A stretch of 64,000 nucleotides of DNA from Acidobacteriota bacterium (lineage in GTDB: Bacteria; Acidobacteriota; UBA6911; RPQK01; JAJDTT01). Shown piece by piece: positions 59,427 to 64,000 of this stretch (the stretch's first letter is position 1; the number at the start of each line of letters is the position of its first letter). The notes beneath the pieces are model-generated. The model saw only the letters and a program-made list of their open reading frames with translations. It was not told the origin of the DNA and ran no database searches. The stretch covers positions 5,088,001 through 5,152,000 of the forward strand of contig OZ253580.1 in NCBI GenBank assembly GCA_965263035.1, given 5' to 3'. The position numbers and the translations under genes were made by a program.

Positions 59427-59663
59427 TCACCGAGACGCCACTCTCCAGCGACGATCAAGCCGGGAGCCATCGACCCACCGCCAAGCTTGTATCCCTTCCA
59501 ATGGCCCCCAGTGCAAGGTAGCGATCTCTGCCCCATTGCCTTTTAGGATCAGCCTACCGCGCATCCGATCCCACTCTACAGCCGTCGCCCTGTAGATTCG
59601 GCAGTCATTCGATTTCCCCTGGAATTGCACTTGAACCGACTTGATCTTGATTTTTTGCATCAA
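59427..59663 (-). CDS. Small hypothetical protein (E2)
   Basis: 78-aa ORF co-oriented with its neighbours. Confidence 0.35.
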   Translation of the reverse strand: MMQKIKIKSVQVQFQGKSNDCRIYRATAVEWDRMRGRLILKGNGAEIATLHWGPLEGIQAWRWVDGSRLDRRWRVASR

Positions 59664-59691
59664 GTGAGTCTAGTGTACCAGGGAGACAGCG

Positions 59692-60105
59692 TCAGTCGTC
59701 GTGGTGTCCAGCGATCCGCGTCAAATCACGATAAAGGTCCCAAATATCACGAGCGATCATTGCCCCAGTTTTTCGGATAATTCTTCTCATCGTAGCTTCA
59801 ATTCGACCCTCACTAGGAGGACGGATTCCCGGAGGAAGGGTCTCGATGGGATACACATACGATTTATGTAAGTCGCTTCCATCATACTTTGTTGATTGTT
59901 CCATTATTTTTCTGAATTTATGTCTTAAGCCATCTGGAAAATCTTGTTCTCTCAGTGAAGATAGGTGGTAAATCAGCGCGTCTTTCAATCTATTCCTCAC
60001 ATCTCCCTTCCCAACGCACATAGTTTCAATCGCTAAAGTTACTCGTTCAAGAACGTCCTTTGCTTTTTCTTTGTTTCCCATCGGAACTAGACCCCCGTAA
60101 GCCAT
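59692..60105 (-). CDS. Hypothetical cargo protein (E2)
   Basis: 137-aa helical ORF closely following 60109-60513. Confidence 0.65.
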   Translation of the reverse strand: MAYGGLVPMGNKEKAKDVLERVTLAIETMCVGKGDVRNRLKDALIYHLSSLREQDFPDGLRHKFRKIMEQSTKYDGSDLHKSYVYPIETLPPGIRPPSEGRIEATMRRIIRKTGAMIARDIWDLYRDLTRIAGHHDD

Positions 60106-60108
60106 CCC

Positions 60109-60513
60109 TCACTTAGTGGCATCTCCGCAATCTTTCATGACCCGACATATATCGCTCATAGACTCTTTGATTCTTATAATTTTCATTGATTGCGATTTAT
60201 TGAGTTTACGGAGCACAGTCGCTTCGGACTGTGAAACCTTGTCGTCTGGAAACTGTTGGGATGGAATATTTGCATTATAAAACCGGATGTTTTCGCATCG
60301 GTCCAGCAATACTGGCCGTGGCTTATTCGATGACATCTCAGGTCGGAGTTCAAATTTTTTGGATTCCAAATTTTCATACCAAACATGCTGGGCAACTACT
60401 GTGACCAGCAAATACCTTGGATCAGCATCACAGGGCTTTTCAGCCTGCACCAGACCCGTGAACAGAACCGCCAGCAATGCAAAATTCTTGCCAAAGTTGC
60501 AGCCCTCACTCAT
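60109..60513 (-). CDS. Hypothetical secreted Cys-containing protein (E2)
   Basis: GGAAGGGG RBS; signal-like FALLAVLFTGLVQA. Confidence 0.6.
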   Translation of the reverse strand: MSEGCNFGKNFALLAVLFTGLVQAEKPCDADPRYLLVTVVAQHVWYENLESKKFELRPEMSSNKPRPVLLDRCENIRFYNANIPSQQFPDDKVSQSEATVLRKLNKSQSMKIIRIKESMSDICRVMKDCGDATK

Positions 60514-60779
60514 GTTCCCCTTCCTTCCTTCTCGCCCTAGTCTCCAAAATTTGCCGTATCCGCTCACGGGATATCCCGAACCGGCCACCGATCCTCTCTA
60601 ACGTCTAATCCGCAGCCCGAAGGGACCGGATGACCCGGTTCCGTATTGGCCGATGGTGTGGAACTGCTTTTTTCATGCCGCTTTATTCAGGATTTCTTCT
60701 TTTTTTATTTTTAACACTTCAACCTATAAAGTGAAACAACTTAACGATGCTTTCTCTAGTCTGGAAGATACTCAGGAAG

Positions 60780-61250
60780 GATTCTCACTCGGCCCCTTCT
60801 CTCTCCCCCTATAGATCCTGTTTCGATTACCCTGGATAGATTCAGGCAGAGAACTATCTAGCACTGTGCATGCGTTAGGAAAATACCTTCCGCACACACA
60901 GTCCTGTTCCTTGTCTGAATCTATGATCCCGCTCCGATCAGAGCCTATCAAGACCCAGGCAGAGACCCAAAAGTTGTGGATCTCATGGCGTCAGCTACTT
61001 TATCGCGGAGCAACTTCTCACACGTCATGCTCCCCTTCCGACGCTCCGAACTGGGGAAGAATCCTAGTGCATGATGCACGGCAGTGGATTCATTTTTTGC
61101 GGATTACTTACTTCCTCGATCCCTGCCGCCAAGCGGTTCGAGAAAGGTGCAATGTCACGCCCGCTCCAATCTTGAATCCAGCCTCAAGACTCCGAGTGGA
61201 TCAGACCCGGTATCCCAATCGCCTTAAGGCTGGATTCGATGGAGGGAGTA
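60780..61250 (+). ncRNA. Candidate large structured RNA of E2
   Basis: Stems 60836-60854/60906-60924 (with G-U pairs), ~61079-61128 and 61174-61184/61227-61237; motif shared with the E1 region. Confidence 0.45.
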
Positions 61251-61330
61251 TAGCAGATAGGTCTGTAAAAAAGAAGCGTTTTTCCAACTTTTTATCATAC
61301 CATTGTAAATTTAATGCTCAATGCCGAGGC

Positions 61331-61359
61331 TTGACACTGGAAAGGGAATTTAGTACAAT
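61331..61359 (+). promoter_or_regulatory. Outward-facing sigma70 promoter at the E2 right end
   Basis: TTGACA-17 bp-TACAAT, 21 bp before the crossover core. Confidence 0.75.
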
Positions 61360-61380
61360 AGGCGAGTAGTAGGGAACATA

Positions 61381-62212
61381 CTGGTTGGTGTAGAGATGCT
61401 CGTCCGGAGAACCGGTGGTAGTTGAGCCAGACCGGATCGGTCCAATTCAGAAAATCCTGGGAAGTTCCGGTCATGACGTCCCGGATACCCTTGGTTCTCG
61501 GCTGATTCTCCGCAGTCTGCCTGAAGTCGCGGTGGTATTCGCGGTACTCGTTTCTGACCGAATCCCAGAAAGCCAGGTTCTGGGAGTCGAAGTAGCCCTT
61601 GGTGATAACCGGGCGGTCCGCCATCAACTCCCAGTGGATGGCGTCGGCCGACTTCCAGGCGTAGAGTCCCCATTTACGGCTCAAGGAGAAGGCCTTGTAG
61701 CGCGCGTCGGGCGAGGCCGCCGGATTTGCGTCCTTGAAAGGGACGAAGTTCCGAATCGTATCCCCGTTTGGGAGCCGATCCAGGAGGATGTTGTTCCGCT
61801 TCGACCCCTCGAACTCGACCAGGCCCAGTTGGGGCCGGTACCAGTGGATCCCGTCCAGACTCTCGGCGTAACAGGTCACCTGCCGGCGTGGGAACTCGAG
61901 CTTCTTCCCGGTCACGAAGTGCCAGCCCCGGTAGTACATGCGATAGCGGTTTTCATCCTGGAAGATAGTGAAAGTGAAGCAGGCATTCCCCTCCCACGGA
62001 CGATCGGTCACCAGGGCCACTCCTTGGGGAATCGGGCGTTGCAACCGGAGTCGAGCCTCGCCCCGGAGTTCTTCCACCAAGCTCGGTTCCACGAACAACT
62101 CCAGCCGGGAACCGATGTCCAGGACCTCCGAGTGGAGGCTCCAGCAGAGCATGGGGAAGAGCATTGCGAGGATCCGCGGCCTACTGAAAAGCGACGTCAA
62201 GGTCCGGTTCAT
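61381..62212 (-). pseudogene. Glycoside hydrolase-like propeller gene, 5' part, with a +1 frameshift near 61416
   Basis: Signal peptide, RLELFVE, DRPWEG, YAESLDGIHW, FDSQNLAFWD; GSPDEHLYTNQ lies in a shifted frame. Confidence 0.85.
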
Positions 62213-62232
62213 TCCTGTTTCTTCCTTTCGCT

Positions 62233-63738
62233 TCAGTCCGAGGTGCGGGCCGGGAAGATCCGCGACAGCACCAGAGCCGATCCGAACGTGATCAGCGAGG
62301 AGACCGGGATCACCCACATCCAGGCCAACCGGGGGAGGCCGAAGAGCCAGTGGCCCTGGGCCCAGACCAGGCCCGCCGACATTCCCGCCAGCGCCGATAA
62401 GATGACCGCCCGGCCGCTGGCCGGAACCTTCAGTATGGCCAGAAACATCATGGCCCCCAGAGTGCCCACCAGGAAGCTGCTGATGCGACCCGTCAGGTCG
62501 AAGAGGTTCCCCCGCTGATCGTCGGGAATCGAATCCAGAAGGAAGCAGGTCAGTATGGCCACGACTCCCGCCGCCACGGTGACGGCGCGCGCCAGGATCA
62601 TCTCGGCGCGGGGACCGGCAACCGTCCTGCGCAGGCGCCTGTAGTAGTCGGTGATGATCACGGACGAGATGGAGTTGATTCCCGAATCCAGGCTCGACAT
62701 GGCGGCGGAGAAGAGGGCGGCCACCACCAACCCGGCCAGGCCCCGGGGGAGGACGTGGCCGATGAAGTGGGGGAAGACGCTGTCCGTGTCCGCGGGGAGA
62801 TGGGTCCGGTAGTAGGAGTAGAGAGCCATGCCGCACAGGCTCAGGAGGAGGGTGATGACGACGCTCGCCGTCAGGTTGCAGGCGAAGGAGCGGCGGGCCG
62901 ACCTGGCCGAGTCGGTGCTGAGGTAGCGTTGCACGGCCACCTGGTCTCCGGCCGCGGTGCAGATCCACCAGAAGAAGGTCCAGGTGATCATTCCGAACCA
63001 GCTCAACCGGACCGTCGGATCGAGGCTGAAGAGCGGTTGCGGTTCCATCTCAGCCGCCGCCATTTCCTGGTACCAGGTGATCGGTCCGGTCCCGGCGTCG
63101 AAGGCGATGTAGCCGATGGTGAAGAGGGCGCCCCCCAGGAGAATGAAGAACTGGACCACGTCGGTCCAGATGACGGCGCGGATTCCCCCCAAAGTCGTGT
63201 AGAGGGTTCCCACGGCCGCCACCCCCAGGACCACGGTCGCGAAGGGCAGGCCGCTGATGGTCGCCAGTGCGCCGGCCGCCGTGAAGACGATGGTGCCCAT
63301 CCACGCCAACCGGATCAGGACGAAGATGGAGGCCCCGAAGAGGCGCGTGGGCAGATCGAACTGCCGCTCCAGGCATTCGTAGGCCGAGGTGATCTTCAAT
63401 TTCATCAGGAAGGGGACCACCAGGTAGCCCACCAGTACAAAGACCAGGGGATAGGAGAGCAGCTGCGAGTTGGCGCCCAGGCCGTGCTTGATGATCTCAC
63501 CGGGGTGGGAGAGATAGGTGATGGTGGAGATGATCGAAGCCAGCAGGCTCAGTCCGACCGCGAACCAGGGCATGTTCCGCCCCGCCAGGAAGTACTCCTC
63601 GGTGTCGCTCTGGCGCCGGCTGAAGTAGTAGCCGAGGAGGACCACGGCGGCCAGGTAGAGGAGAATGGCCGCGTAGTCGATGCCGTGGAGCCCCTGAAAT
63701 CGGTCGGGCGGACCGCCCAGGGCCAGCAAGGTGCTCAT
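62233..63738 (-). CDS. Sodium:solute symporter
   Basis: EYFLAGR.MPW, GGIRAVIWTDVVQ, DQVAVQRYL, AAMSSLDSGINS. Confidence 0.93.
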   Translation of the reverse strand: MSTLLALGGPPDRFQGLHGIDYAAILLYLAAVVLLGYYFSRRQSDTEEYFLAGRNMPWFAVGLSLLASIISTITYLSHPGEIIKHGLGANSQLLSYPLVFVLVGYLVVPFLMKLKITSAYECLERQFDLPTRLFGASIFVLIRLAWMGTIVFTAAGALATISGLPFATVVLGVAAVGTLYTTLGGIRAVIWTDVVQFFILLGGALFTIGYIAFDAGTGPITWYQEMAAAEMEPQPLFSLDPTVRLSWFGMITWTFFWWICTAAGDQVAVQRYLSTDSARSARRSFACNLTASVVITLLLSLCGMALYSYYRTHLPADTDSVFPHFIGHVLPRGLAGLVVAALFSAAMSSLDSGINSISSVIITDYYRRLRRTVAGPRAEMILARAVTVAAGVVAILTCFLLDSIPDDQRGNLFDLTGRISSFLVGTLGAMMFLAILKVPASGRAVILSALAGMSAGLVWAQGHWLFGLPRLAWMWVIPVSSLITFGSALVLSRIFPARTSD

Positions 63739-63794
63739 GGCCCGGTTCTCCGCTTGGAGCCGCGGCTATCAGCCATCAACCCTCCGGCCCGCCG

Positions 63795-63958
63795 TAGCAG
63801 TCCGTGGTGAAAGTCCCGCGAGCACCGAGACCGTTCCTGCGCCCGCCGGACAAGGCGCGATGAGGGAGCATACCGGGAGTATGTGACCGAATCGCAACGC
63901 AGTCCGCCGGGATGCAGGGACGGTCGAATGCCGTGACGACTTTTGCCACGGGCTGGTA
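63795..63958. mobile_element. MITE family B, copy 2
   Basis: Diverged reverse complement of 7055-7220. Confidence 0.85.
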
Positions 63959-64000
63959 GAGCCAGTCCCTGGTGACGATCTTGATCTTGGTGGCATGGGC

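Larger units (their letters stand above)
49156..61387. mobile_element. Element E2: integrated tail-less capsid-encoding satellite-like element containing an IS1380
   Basis: CTGGTTG direct repeat at 49156-49162 and 61381-61387; joining gives EHLYTNQIIPYH; lower GC. Confidence 0.9.

Noticed and set aside
60866-61369. 167-aa ORF at the E2 right end
   Set aside because: No recognisable motif; it overlaps the hairpins and the terminal promoter.
10863-61387. One large prophage or inversion spanning both head modules
   Set aside because: Each element has its own core repeat and split host gene, and housekeeping genes lie between them.
61295-62968. 557-aa ORF as a single gene
   Set aside because: The first 252 codons are an alternate frame of the symporter; the real start is 62212 and the tail is frameshifted junction sequence.

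Overview
High-GC (~64%) bacterial chromosome segment. The gene content (DUF1501, DUF1549/1553, planctomycete cytochrome c-WD40, BlaI/BlaR1-TonB, sulfatase, sodium:solute symporters) suggests an Acidobacteriota- or PVC-like organism; this is inference. The backbone carries avtA, hflKC, frdABCD, a sigma70 paralog, carbohydrate/sulfatase genes, two IS1380 elements, two MITE families and REP-like palindromes. The main result is two divergent, lower-GC integrated elements, E1 (10863-20067, ~9.2 kb) and E2 (49156-61387, ~10.5 kb without its IS1380). Each splits a host protein-coding gene at a 6-7 bp direct-repeat core. Each encodes a Cre-like tyrosine recombinase and an HK97-type head/packaging module (terminase large subunit, HNH, capsid, prohead protease, portal, neck proteins). 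I recognise no tail, lysis, small terminase or Rep/primase gene in either. Each also carries a ~500-nt hairpin-rich non-coding region, and these share a GGGAAGAATCC..GTGCA motif. They resemble cf-PICI satellites but differ in recombinase type, target choice and lack of replication genes. All calls come from reading motifs by eye; no searches or folding programs were run.
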